Below, piece by piece: positions 1-9,264 of a stretch of 38,667 bases of DNA. The notes under the pieces were generated by a model. The model saw only the letters and a list, made by a program, of their open reading frames with translations. It did no database searches and was not told the DNA's origin. A program made the position numbers and the translations under genes. The stretch is from NCBI GenBank assembly GCA_035606645.1, contig DATNEZ010000104.1:1-38667 (forward strand). The letters are read 5' to 3'. The stretch is from Candidatus Binatia bacterium (lineage in GTDB: Bacteria; Acidobacteriota; Polarisedimenticolia; Gp22-AA2). Positions within the stretch are counted from its first letter, which is position 1. The number at the start of each line of letters is the position of its first letter.

Positions 1-64
1 GGAGAGTCTCGCCCGGGGCTGCATGGTGGTCCTCGCCGGCCCGCGGCCGGAGCGCCGACGCGGC

Positions 65-493
65 CTACGACGGCTCGTTCGGCCCGACGCCCGAGGCGAC
101 CTGGAGACGGATGATCGCCTTCTGCAACGCCGTCTGGGCGCGCTTGAAGTCGGTGTCGGGCGAGCCTCCGCGCAGCCGGGCCACGGCGCGATCGCGCGCC
201 TGGACGGCCCGGTCGCGGTCGATCCCCTCGGCCTTCTCGGCGATCTCCGCCAGGACGCTCACGCGGTCCGGGAGGACCTCGGCGAAACCCCAGGCAATCG
301 CCACGTGGTGCTTCGTCGTCCCGCGCCGGTACATCAGCTCGCCGATGCCCAGCGTCGTCAGGAGCGGCGTGTGGCCGGGGAGGACGCCGAGCGAGCCCTC
401 GCTTCCGGGCAGGACCACCTCGTCCACCACCTCGTTGGCGAGGCGCTGCTCGGGCGTGACGATCTCCAGCTGGATCGACTCGGGCAATGGCAT
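65..493 (-). CDS. atpC: F1 ATP synthase subunit epsilon
   Basis: 142-aa ORF with a typical epsilon N-terminal beta-sandwich sequence (LEIVTPE..., LPGHTPLLT). GGAG lies 5 nt upstream of the ATG. There is a 9-nt gap after atpD. Confidence 0.9.
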   Translation of the reverse strand: MPLPESIQLEIVTPEQRLANEVVDEVVLPGSEGSLGVLPGHTPLLTTLGIGELMYRRGTTKHHVAIAWGFAEVLPDRVSVLAEIAEKAEGIDRDRAVQARDRAVARLRGGSPDTDFKRAQTALQKAIIRLQVASGVGPNEPS

Positions 494-502
494 GGCATCT
501 CC

Positions 503-1948
<1,446 letters not shown>

Positions 1949-2584
1949 CTAGACATCGCGGCCGCAGAAGCGGCACACCTTGGCGCGGGCCTTGATCCGC
2001 TCCGCGCAGAACGGGCACTCTCTCGTCTCGTGGCCGGCGCCCGCGGCGTCCGGCCCCTGGCTCCTGCGATCCTCGGCGGCGCGGGCTCCGGCCGCCGCCC
2101 CGCGAGGATCGTCTCCCGCCCGGTAGCGGCCCCGCTGCTGCCGCTCGAGAATCGCCTCCTTCACCTCCATCGGCCGCGCCACGCTCTCGATCGTGGTGGA
2201 GCCGGCCTCCGCGGCGGTCTGGATGTTCAGCGTCCCGTACCCCAGCACCCGTCCCATCAGTGTCTGGCTGCACGCGACGTTGTGGATCTTGTCGAGCGGG
2301 CTGTCCACTGCCCGCAGCGACAGCACCCCCGACTCGTCGATCACGCGCTCCGACGTGATCGCCCAGAGATCGCAGCGCCACTCGAGCCAGCGCCAGCCGG
2401 CCCAGACGGCCGCCACCGCCAGCGCCGCGCCGGCCGCCGGGGCGATCCAGGGCCGCCTGATGAACCACGCCCCGATCAGGCACCCCAGCAGGAACAGCGC
2501 CGCGGCGAACGGGCCGCTCAGCACCACCCAGTGGCGCCGCACCATCGCCACCAGCTCCTCGCCCGGCCTCAGCGGCGTCCTCAC
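1949..2584 (-). CDS. Membrane protein with two N-terminal TM helices, a bacterial PH (bPH_2/YdbT-like) domain and a C-terminal CxxC...CxxC zinc ribbon
   Basis: 211-aa ORF with normal composition. It has the GEELVAMVRRHW start typical of bPH_2 proteins and two hydrophobic helices. The WAITSERVIDESG...LDKIHNV...GYGTLNIQT segment looks like a PH-like core. The C-terminus reads CPFCAERIKARAKVCRFCG. Start is GTG, 7 nt after the atpG stop; the stop is 30 nt before the atpD start. Confidence 0.7.
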   Translation of the reverse strand: MRTPLRPGEELVAMVRRHWVVLSGPFAAALFLLGCLIGAWFIRRPWIAPAAGAALAVAAVWAGWRWLEWRCDLWAITSERVIDESGVLSLRAVDSPLDKIHNVACSQTLMGRVLGYGTLNIQTAAEAGSTTIESVARPMEVKEAILERQQRGRYRAGDDPRGAAAGARAAEDRRSQGPDAAGAGHETRECPFCAERIKARAKVCRFCGRDV

Positions 2585-2591
2585 CGGCCCG

Positions 2592-3461
2592 CTACTTCAG
2601 CGCCTCGGCGCCGCTGACGACCTCGAGGATCTCCTTGGTGATGGCCGCCTGCCGGATCTTGTTCATCTGCAGCGTCAGGGAGTCGATCATCTCCCCGGCG
2701 TTCCGGGTGGCGTTCTCCATCGCCGTCATGCGGGCGCCGTGCTCGGCCGCGGCCGACTCCAATAGCGCCCGCTGCACCTGGATCATCACGTGCTTCGGCA
2801 GGAGCGCCGCGAACAGGCTCTCCTGGTCCGGCTCGTAGAGGTAGTCCTCGGGCTGCGCGGCCCCCGCGGCGAACGCGCCCTGCGGGATCGGCAGGAGCGG
2901 CTCCACCACCACGCGCTGCTGCATCACCGACTTGAACTCGTTGTAGACCAGGTACACCGTGTCGAGCTCGCTGCGCGAGAAGCGATCGATCAGCGGGGCG
3001 GCGATGTCTTTGGCCTCCTCGAAGGTGACGTTCCTGAAGATGTCGACGACGATGCGGCCCACCTGGTAGTCGCGCCGCCGGAACCAGTCCCGCGCCTTCT
3101 TCCCGACGACGTCGACCTGGAGCAGGGCCGCCGGGCCCCGCCGCCGCTCGTCCAGGAAGGCCCGCGCGCGGTTCAGGATGTTGGTGTTGAACGAGCCGCA
3201 CAGCCCCTTGTCGGCGGTGATCACGACCACCAGGACCCTGTCCTCCGGTCGCCGGCTGAGGAGCGGGTGCTTCTCGGGGTGGGCGCGCGCGGCGAGGGAG
3301 GACAGCACCTCGAGCATCTTGCGGGCGTAGGGGCGGGCCGCCAGGATCCGGTCCTGCGCCCGGCGCAGCTTGGACGCCGACACCAGCTTCATGGCGCGGG
3401 TGATCTGCTGCGTGCTCTTGACGCTGCGGATGCGGGTGCGGTAGTCGCGGACGTTGGCCAT
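2592..3461 (-). CDS. atpG: F1 ATP synthase subunit gamma
   Basis: The real start is [36 protein letters not shown] (ATG at 3461-3459). The atpA stop and atpG start overlap as TGATG. The track ORF 2592..4838 is an upstream in-frame artefact running through atpA. Confidence 0.93.
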   Translation of the reverse strand: MANVRDYRTRIRSVKSTQQITRAMKLVSASKLRRAQDRILAARPYARKMLEVLSSLAARAHPEKHPLLSRRPEDRVLVVVITADKGLCGSFNTNILNRARAFLDERRRGPAALLQVDVVGKKARDWFRRRDYQVGRIVVDIFRNVTFEEAKDIAAPLIDRFSRSELDTVYLVYNEFKSVMQQRVVVEPLLPIPQGAFAAGAAQPEDYLYEPDQESLFAALLPKHVMIQVQRALLESAAAEHGARMTAMENATRNAGEMIDSLTLQMNKIRQAAITKEILEVVSGAEALK

Positions 3462-4978
3462 CAGACCTTCGCCACGAAGTCGGCCTTCAGGGCGTCGAGC
3501 ATGGAGCGGAGCTCCGCCTTGATCCCGTCGTCGATCGCCTTCTTCTCCACCAGCTTCCTGGCCAGCGGTCGCCCCGGGCCGTCGAGGTGCTTGTACAGCA
3601 CCTCCTCGAAGGCGCGGACTTGAGAGACCTCCAGGCCGTCCAGGAAGCCGTTGACCCCGGCGAACAGGGCGATGACCTGCTTCTCGACCGACAGGGGCCT
3701 GTACTGCAGCTGCTTCAGGAGCTCGGTCAGGCGCTGGCCGCGCGCCAGCTGGGCCTGCGTCGCCTTGTCCAGGTCGGAGCCGAACTGCGCGAACGCCGCC
3801 AGCTCGCGGAACTGCGCCAGGTCGAGGCGCAGCGTCCCGGCGACCTGCTTCATCCCCTTGATCTGCGCGTTGCCGCCGACGCGGCTGACCGACAGGCCGA
3901 CGTTCACCGCCGGGCGGATGCCCGAGAAGAACAGATCGCCTTCCAGGTAGATCTGGCCGTCGGTGATCGAGATGACGTTCGTCGGGATGTAGGCCGACAC
4001 GTCGCCGGCCTGCGTCTCGATGACCGGCAGCGCCGTCAGCGAGCCTCCTCCGAGCTCGTCGCTCATTTTCGCGGCGCGCTCCAGCAGGCGCGAGTGCAGG
4101 TAGAAGACGTCCCCGGGGTAGGCCTCCCGGCCGGGCGGCCGCCGCAGCAGGAGGGAGATCTCGCGGTACGCGGCGGCGTGCTTGCTCAGGTCGTCGTAGA
4201 TGACCAGCGCGTGCCGCCCGTTGTCGCGGAAGAACTCTCCCATGGAGCAGCCGGCGTACGGCGCGATGTATTGCAGGGTCGCCGGGTCGGAGGCCGAGGC
4301 GGTCACGACGATGGTGTAGGCCATGCCCCCCATGTCGGTCAGCGTCTTGACCACCTGCGCGACGGTGGATCGCTTCTGGCCGATGGCGACGTAGATGCAG
4401 ACGACGCCGCTGTCCTTCTGGTTCAGGATGGCGTCGATGGCGATGGCGGTCTTGCCGGTCTGGCGGTCCCCGATGATCAGCTCGCGCTGGCCCCGGCCGA
4501 TCGGGATCATGGCATCGATCGCCTTGATGCCGGTCTGCAGCGGCTCCTTGACCGGCTGGCGGTCGACGACGCCGGGCGCGATCCGCTCGAGCTGCCCGGT
4601 CTTCTTCGTGGCGATCGGCCCCTTGCCGTCCAGCGGCATCCCCAGCGGGTTGACCACGCGGCCGATCAGCTCGTCCCCCACGGGCACCTCGGTGATGCGG
4701 CCGGTGCGCTTGACGGTGTCCCCTTCCTTGATCTTGAAGAACTCGCCGAACAGCACCACCCCGACCGACTCTTCCTCGAGGTTGAGGGCCATCCCGTAGA
4801 CGTTGTGCGGCAGCTGCAGGAGCTCGCCGGCCATGCAATTCTCCAGGCCGTAGACCCGGGCGATGCCGTCCCCGGCCGAGATGATCGTCCCCTCCTCGGA
4901 GACGTCCACGCCCCCCTGGAACCCCTCGATCTGCTGCCTCAGGACGCTGGTGATCTCGTCCGCCTTGATCTCCGCCAT
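3461..4978 (-). CDS. atpA: F1 ATP synthase subunit alpha
   Basis: 505 aa with Walker A GDRQTGKT and a conserved alpha-subunit sequence throughout. GGAGA lies 7 nt upstream of the ATG. Confidence 0.97.
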   Translation of the reverse strand: MAEIKADEITSVLRQQIEGFQGGVDVSEEGTIISAGDGIARVYGLENCMAGELLQLPHNVYGMALNLEEESVGVVLFGEFFKIKEGDTVKRTGRITEVPVGDELIGRVVNPLGMPLDGKGPIATKKTGQLERIAPGVVDRQPVKEPLQTGIKAIDAMIPIGRGQRELIIGDRQTGKTAIAIDAILNQKDSGVVCIYVAIGQKRSTVAQVVKTLTDMGGMAYTIVVTASASDPATLQYIAPYAGCSMGEFFRDNGRHALVIYDDLSKHAAAYREISLLLRRPPGREAYPGDVFYLHSRLLERAAKMSDELGGGSLTALPVIETQAGDVSAYIPTNVISITDGQIYLEGDLFFSGIRPAVNVGLSVSRVGGNAQIKGMKQVAGTLRLDLAQFRELAAFAQFGSDLDKATQAQLARGQRLTELLKQLQYRPLSVEKQVIALFAGVNGFLDGLEVSQVRAFEEVLYKHLDGPGRPLARKLVEKKAIDDGIKAELRSMLDALKADFVAKV

Positions 4979-5015
4979 GCGACTGTCTCCTAGGAATCGA
5001 GTCTCACGGTACCGT

Positions 5016-5612
5016 TCAGCGCGCGCCCACGAGCCGACCGCGCAGGGTATCCAGCTTGTGCCTCAGCGTGCCGTCGTAGACCTTCGACCCGATGCGGGTG
5101 CGGGCCCCCCCCAGCACGGACGGGTCTACGCGGTGCGTGACCCTCACGGATTGTCCGGTCATGTTTTCCAGCGCCGCGTGCAGGCGCTTCGCCTCGGCGG
5201 ACGAGAGCGGCACCGCCGTGGTGGCTTCGGCCGAGACGATGCCGATGCGCTCGTCCTTGATCGCCGCGAACGCGTCCCGGACGGCGCCGATCGCTCCGAG
5301 CCGCCGGTTGGCGACCAGCACCACGAGGAGCTTCCTGGCCGCGTCGCCGAGCTTCCCCTTCTTCGCCAGGGCGTCGATCGCCGCCTGCTTGGCGTCCTGG
5401 GGGACCGAGGGGTCCGCGAAGAACCTCTGGAACCTGGCGTCGGCGCCGAGCACCCGGGCGACCAGGTCCAGCTCGTCCGCGACCGTCTCGAGGTCCGAGG
5501 CGGCCTTCTGGCCGGTCCGCGCGGACCGGACGGGCGTCCCCTTCTTCCCGGCCTGCTCGACATGGTCGGCGAGGGCCCGCGCGTACCGCTTCGCGACGGC
5601 GACTGGCTGCAC
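5016..5612 (-). CDS. atpH: F1 ATP synthase subunit delta (OSCP)
   Basis: OSCP-like N-terminus ([11 protein letters not shown]) and C-terminal ([17 protein letters not shown]) sequences. I chose the GTG at 5612-5610, which is preceded by GGAGAA. The track ORF extends to 5738 with an Arg/Pro-rich extension that is unlikely to be real. Confidence 0.8.
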   Translation of the reverse strand: MQPVAVAKRYARALADHVEQAGKKGTPVRSARTGQKAASDLETVADELDLVARVLGADARFQRFFADPSVPQDAKQAAIDALAKKGKLGDAARKLLVVLVANRRLGAIGAVRDAFAAIKDERIGIVSAEATTAVPLSSAEAKRLHAALENMTGQSVRVTHRVDPSVLGGARTRIGSKVYDGTLRHKLDTLRGRLVGAR

Positions 5613-5708
5613 TCGTGTTCTCCGGACAGGGAAGGCCCGGCGGCCGGGACCGGAAGGACGCGCGCCGCCCGTCCGTGGCGCCGCCGGGAAACCATTTCGG
5701 AACGGCGG

Positions 5709-5738
5709 AACGTAGCACACGCCCCGCCGAAGTGTCAA
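5709..5738 (-). promoter_or_regulatory. Candidate sigma70-type promoter for atpH-atpC
   Basis: On the minus strand: TTGACA (5738-5733), an 18-nt spacer, then TACGTT (5714-5709). It lies about 90 nt upstream of the atpH GTG. Confidence 0.4.
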
Positions 5739-5867
5739 CGATGATGGGGCTTAGGCGGGAGCGGCGTGTCCAGGAAACGGGCGCTCGATCACATTTCCGT
5801 CCGTGCCTTGACATCCGGCCCCGCCACGCGAATCTTTTGAAGCAGCAGCGCCACTGAGGGATCGGGC

Positions 5868-6878
5868 ATGACCTCCGAGCGGATTCTGATCGCGGACGAC
5901 GAACCGGAAAACCGCAGGCTCCTCCGCGAGCTCCTGGACCCCCTGGGATACCAGATCGTCGAGGCGGCGGACGGCGAGCAGGCGCTGGCCTCCGTCGCCG
6001 AGCACGTCCCCGACCTCGTGCTGCTCGACCTGATGATGCCGAAGCGGGACGGGTACGAGGTCTGCCGCGAGATGAAGAACGACCCCCGGACGCGGCTCGT
6101 GCCGATCATCGTGCTGACCACCCTCGATCTGATGACCGACAAGCTCAAGGCGATCGACATCGGCGCCGACGATTTCCTGAACAAGCCGTTCAACACCGTC
6201 GAGCTCACCACCCGGATCCGGTCCCTCCTGTCGCTGAAGCACTTCACGGACGAGTTCGAGCACGCCTCGAACGTCCTGAAGAGCATCGCGCTGGTCGTCG
6301 AGGGGCGCGACCGGTACACCGGGGATCACTGCAAGCGGCTGGGGCAGTACGCGGTCAGGATCGGGAAGACCCTCGGCCTGGGCCAGGAGGACCTCGAGAC
6401 GCTGTGGCTGGGGGGGATTTTCCACGACCTGGGGAAGATCGCGGTGTCCGACTCGGTCCTGAACAAGCCGGCCCCCCTGACGCCCGAGGAGCTCACGGTC
6501 ATGAGGACCCATCCCGCCGTCGGCGCCAATCTCTGCAAGACCATGCGCACGATGGAGCGGGTCATCCCCCTGATCCGGCATCACCACGAGAAGCTCGACG
6601 GCTCGGGCTATCCCGACCACCTGGCGGGGAAGGAGATCCCGCTTCTGGTGCGCATCATCACGGTCGTGGATGTCTACGACGCCCTGGCCACCGCCCGGCC
6701 CTATCGCAAGGCGCTGCCCCATGAAACGGTCATGACGATCATGCGGGAGGAGGTCGCCAAGGGATGGTGGGACCGGGACATCGTGGAGATGCTCGAGTCC
6801 GCGCGGACGGTTTCGCCGTCGGCGGAGGAGCCGGCCGTGGTTCTCGCGGCGGGCCTGCCTCGAAGGAAAGCTTCCTAG
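5868..6878 (+). CDS. Response regulator with REC domain fused to an HD-GYP domain (RpfG-type c-di-GMP phosphodiesterase)
   Basis: 336 aa. The REC domain shows ILIADDE...DLVLLDLMMP...K. The HD-GYP motifs HDLGK and HHHEKLDGSGYP are present. GAGGG lies 7 nt upstream of the ATG. Confidence 0.9.
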   Translation: MTSERILIADDEPENRRLLRELLDPLGYQIVEAADGEQALASVAEHVPDLVLLDLMMPKRDGYEVCREMKNDPRTRLVPIIVLTTLDLMTDKLKAIDIGADDFLNKPFNTVELTTRIRSLLSLKHFTDEFEHASNVLKSIALVVEGRDRYTGDHCKRLGQYAVRIGKTLGLGQEDLETLWLGGIFHDLGKIAVSDSVLNKPAPLTPEELTVMRTHPAVGANLCKTMRTMERVIPLIRHHHEKLDGSGYPDHLAGKEIPLLVRIITVVDVYDALATARPYRKALPHETVMTIMREEVAKGWWDRDIVEMLESARTVSPSAEEPAVVLAAGLPRRKAS

Positions 6879-7325
6879 TCAGTTCGTCGAGCTGTGCTTC
6901 CTGATCTGCTCCAGGTCGTTTTCTTTGTGCGGGACGTCGCGGGCGTCCTTCTTCTTGCCGGCGTTCATGTCGATGTTCCCCTCGAAGATCCCCCCCTCGT
7001 GAATCACCAGGTTCGGCTTCTCCAGGGTGACGTCGCCGACGACCCGCCCGGTGGGGTGAATCTCCAGCTTCTCGCGGACGTGGATCGTTCCGGTCACCTT
7101 GCCGCTCACGGACAGGATGCCGACTTCGACCTCCGCCTCGACCTCTCCCGACTCGCCGACCACCAGCTCCTTCTCGGAGATCACCTTCCCGCCGATCTTC
7201 CCGTCGACGCGGAGGACGTCCCGGAAGCGGACCTCCCCCTGGATCTCCGTCCCCTCCGCCAGGAATCCGCTGATGTCATCCGGGGACACGTGATCCCTGA
7301 GCAGCGCATCCTTGCTGAATGGCAT
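6879..7325 (-). CDS. Bactofilin (DUF583/CcmA family) cytoskeletal protein
   Basis: Repetitive beta-helix sequence (EIQGEVRFRDVLRVDGKIGGKV...VEAEVEVGILSVSGKVTGTIHV...VVGDVT). The start is assigned to the second ATG (7325-7323) because AAGGGAGG lies 7 nt upstream. The track start at 7343 is possible. Confidence 0.85.
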   Translation of the reverse strand: MPFSKDALLRDHVSPDDISGFLAEGTEIQGEVRFRDVLRVDGKIGGKVISEKELVVGESGEVEAEVEVGILSVSGKVTGTIHVREKLEIHPTGRVVGDVTLEKPNLVIHEGGIFEGNIDMNAGKKKDARDVPHKENDLEQIRKHSSTN

Positions 7326-7348
7326 GACAAATCCTCCCTTCATCGGCT

Positions 7349-7373
7349 CCGCCCCCCTGCGGCGGCAGGGCGG
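7349..7373 (-). other. GC-rich hairpin in the parB-bactofilin spacer
   Basis: CCGCCC(CCC)TGC pairs with GCAGGGCGG around a GGCG loop, giving 9 bp with a 3-nt bulge. No U-tract follows on the minus-strand RNA, so it is not a classical intrinsic terminator. Confidence 0.4.
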
Positions 7374-7382
7374 CTGACGTCG

Positions 7383-8258
7383 TCAGTGCCCCTTCTCCGC
7401 GGTCAAAAGAAACTCGTACAGTCGCTGCAGCTCCTCGCTCGAATAGAACTCGATCTCGATCTTCCCCCGCTCGCCCCGCTGCGCGATCCGCACCTTCGTG
7501 GCCAGCGCCCTCGTCAGCCGATCGGCGGCGGCGGCGACGTTCGGATCCGGCTTCAAGCCGCCCGCGACGTCCTTGCGCGGCTTCCTGCCGGCCCGGCCTG
7601 ACGCCGCACCCAGCTCCGCCACCCGCTGCTCGGTCTCACGGACGGAGAGCAGGTTGCCGGCGACCTCCCCGGCGACCTTAATCTGTGTCTCGGCGTCCGG
7701 AATTGCCATGATCACCTTGGCGTGCCCGACCGACAGGCTGCCATCCCGCAAGAAATCCTGGATGACAATTGGTAACTTCAATATTCTCAATGAGTTAGAT
7801 ATAGACGACCGATCCCTTCCTACGCGCCGGGCCACATCGGCGTGGGACAGCTTCATCTCGTCGAGGAGGACTTCGTAGGCCTTGGCCTCCTCGATCGGGT
7901 TCAGCTCCTTCCTCTGGATGTTCTCGATCAGGGCGATCTCGAGCACGCGGTCGTCCGCCACCTTCCGGACGATGGCCGGGATTTTCTCCATCCCGGCGAC
8001 CTGCGCGGCGCGCCAGCGCCTCTCGCCGGCGATCAGGTGGTAGCCGTCTTCCTCCTGCCTCACGATCACCGGCTGGACGATGCCGTTCTCGCGGATCGAG
8101 TCGACCAGCCCCTCGAGCCCGCTGAAATCGGATCGGGGCTGGAAGCGGCTCGGCTTGATCCGCTTCACGTCCAGCATCAGAAGCCCCGCGTCCGGCCTGA
8201 TGAACGCCGGCTCAGGGATGAGGCTGCTCAGTACTTTGCCGAGTGCCTGTCTTTTCAT
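7383..8258 (-). CDS. parB: Chromosome partitioning protein ParB/Spo0J
   Basis: 291 aa with an N-terminal ALGKVLSSLIP, the ParB box GERRWRAA and a helix-turn-helix (VARRVGRDRSSISNSLRILKLP). It overlaps the parA 3' end by 47 nt. Confidence 0.95.
   Translation of the reverse strand: MKRQALGKVLSSLIPEPAFIRPDAGLLMLDVKRIKPSRFQPRSDFSGLEGLVDSIRENGIVQPVIVRQEEDGYHLIAGERRWRAAQVAGMEKIPAIVRKVADDRVLEIALIENIQRKELNPIEEAKAYEVLLDEMKLSHADVARRVGRDRSSISNSLRILKLPIVIQDFLRDGSLSVGHAKVIMAIPDAETQIKVAGEVAGNLLSVRETEQRVAELGAASGRAGRKPRKDVAGGLKPDPNVAAAADRLTRALATKVRIAQRGERGKIEIEFYSSEELQRLYEFLLTAEKGH
7773..7796 (+). repeat. AT-rich 24-nt element, copy A (TAACTTCAATATTCTCAATGAGTT)
   Basis: 21/24 identical to 10680-10703 in the same orientation. 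It lies inside the parB HTH-coding region and is read there on the opposite strand as rare AT-rich codons. Confidence 0.7.
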
Positions 8259-9012
8259 GACGCCTGATCACCTCACGGGCCAGATTCAGATACGACTCCG
8301 AGCCCTTGGAGCGGATGTCGTACAACATGATTGGCTTGCCGAAGCTGGGGGCCTCGCCGAGCCTGACGTTACGCGGCACGATCGTCCGGTAGACCCTTTC
8401 CTTGAAGAACGAGCGGATGTCGGCGACGACCTGGCGGGACAGGTTGGTGCGCTCGTCGAACATGGTGAGCAGCACGCCGTCCAGCTCGAGGTCCCGGTTC
8501 ACCGAGGCCCGGATCCGGTAGAGCGTTTCGACCAGCTCCGACACTCCCTCGAGCGCCAGGTATTCGCACTGCACCGGGATGAGGATCCCGTCGGCCGCGG
8601 CGAGGGCGTTGATGGTCAGGAGCCCGAGGGACGGAGGGCAGTCGATCAGGATGTACTGAAACCGGTCCCGGATCTCCGCGACCGCCTCGCGGAGACGGTA
8701 CTCGCGCCCCTGGACGCCGGCCAGCTCGACCTCGATGCCGACCAGGTCGCGGCTCGCCGGCGCGACGGTCAGGCATTCGAGCTCCGTCGGCACGAGAATC
8801 TGCTCGAGCCGGACCTCGCCGGAGAGGACGCTGTACATCTCTCCTCCGGGGTTCGGCTTGAGTCCCAGTCCCTTGGTCGAGGAGGCCTGGGAGTCCATGT
8901 CGATCAGGAGCGTGGTCCGCTCGGCGATCGCCAGCGCAGCCGCGAGGCTGACGGCCGTCGTCGTCTTACCGACCCCGCCCTTTTGGTTGGCGATGGCGAC
9001 GATGCGTCCCAT
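8212..9012 (-). CDS. parA: Chromosome partitioning ATPase ParA/Soj
   Basis: MGRIVAIANQKGGVGKTTT carries the deviant Walker A. The start is assigned to the ATG at 9012-9010. No clear SD is visible. The track ORF extends to 9228 through the parS region and is rejected. Confidence 0.9.
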   Translation of the reverse strand: MGRIVAIANQKGGVGKTTTAVSLAAALAIAERTTLLIDMDSQASSTKGLGLKPNPGGEMYSVLSGEVRLEQILVPTELECLTVAPASRDLVGIEVELAGVQGREYRLREAVAEIRDRFQYILIDCPPSLGLLTINALAAADGILIPVQCEYLALEGVSELVETLYRIRASVNRDLELDGVLLTMFDERTNLSRQVVADIRSFFKERVYRTIVPRNVRLGEAPSFGKPIMLYDIRSKGSESYLNLAREVIRRHEKTGTRQSTEQPHP

Positions 9013-9066
9013 GTGCGGCGAAGGGTAACACAGCGGTGTGCCCCGGCGCCGTCCCGAAGCCCCGAA

Positions 9067-9084
9067 ATGTTCCACGTGGAACAT
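9067..9084. promoter_or_regulatory. parS: parS centromere site 1
   Basis: ATGTTCCACGTGGAACAT. The 16-bp core TGTTCCACGTGGAACA is a perfect palindrome and matches canonical parS TGTTCCACGTGAAACA at 15/16. Confidence 0.85.
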
Positions 9085-9236
9085 CGGGCGACCTGGGAGT
9101 GAGTCCGAGTATTGGGCCGGGTCGCGTTCCGGACGCAGTGGGGCCGGATGCGAGGCAACGAAGCAGACGGCCCCACGCCGCCGGAACCCGAAGGGCGCAT
9201 GGGGATTGCGGGCCGCATACTCGGACACACTCCTAG

Positions 9237-9254
9237 ATGTTCCACGTGGAACAT
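9237..9254. promoter_or_regulatory. parS: parS centromere site 2
   Basis: An identical 18-mer ATGTTCCACGTGGAACAT, 170 bp from site 1 and 10 nt from the rsmG stop codon (9265-9267). Confidence 0.85.
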
Positions 9255-9264
9255 CCGTCCGGCT

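Larger units (their letters stand above)
9067..9254. repeat. 188-bp imperfect palindrome with parS at both tips
   Basis: Four complementary block pairs are visible:
- parS pairs with parS (18 bp).
- 9096-9118 pairs with 9211-9233 (20/23).
- TTCCGG at 9127-9132 pairs with CCGGAA at 9181-9186.
- GTGGGGCCG at 9138-9146 pairs with CGGCCCCAC at 9168-9176.
The centre is 21 nt (9147-9167). Confidence 0.75.

Noticed and set aside
34-48. CCGGCC-CGC-GGCCGG hairpin downstream of atpC as a terminator.
   Set aside because: It is a 6-bp GC stem with a 3-nt loop and no following U-tract. It sits at the very edge of the window, so the evidence is insufficient.
301-308. CCACGTGG, the 8-bp parS core, inside atpC as a possible third parS.
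   Set aside because: The flanks (aatcg/tgctt) do not match the TGTT/AACA arms. Only the central 8 bp are shared, which is expected by chance in GC-rich DNA.
3462-4838. Upstream extension of the atpG ORF (track ORF 2592-4838, 748 aa).
   Set aside because: The extension is an alternative frame through atpA with an Arg/Gly/Pro-rich sequence. A canonical gamma-subunit N-terminus starts at the ATG at 3461 and overlaps the atpA stop.
7373-7385. CTGACG-T-CGTCAG 13-bp palindrome overlapping the parB stop codon.
   Set aside because: It is too short and has a 1-nt centre. There is no second copy and no known motif, so it is likely chance.
9013-9228. N-terminal extension of parA through the parS region, including an in-frame ATG inside parS (MFHVEH...).
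   Set aside because: ParA family proteins begin a few residues before KGGVGKT. The extension is encoded by the palindromic non-coding element. The ATG within ATGTTCCACGTGGAACAT is a by-product of the parS sequence.
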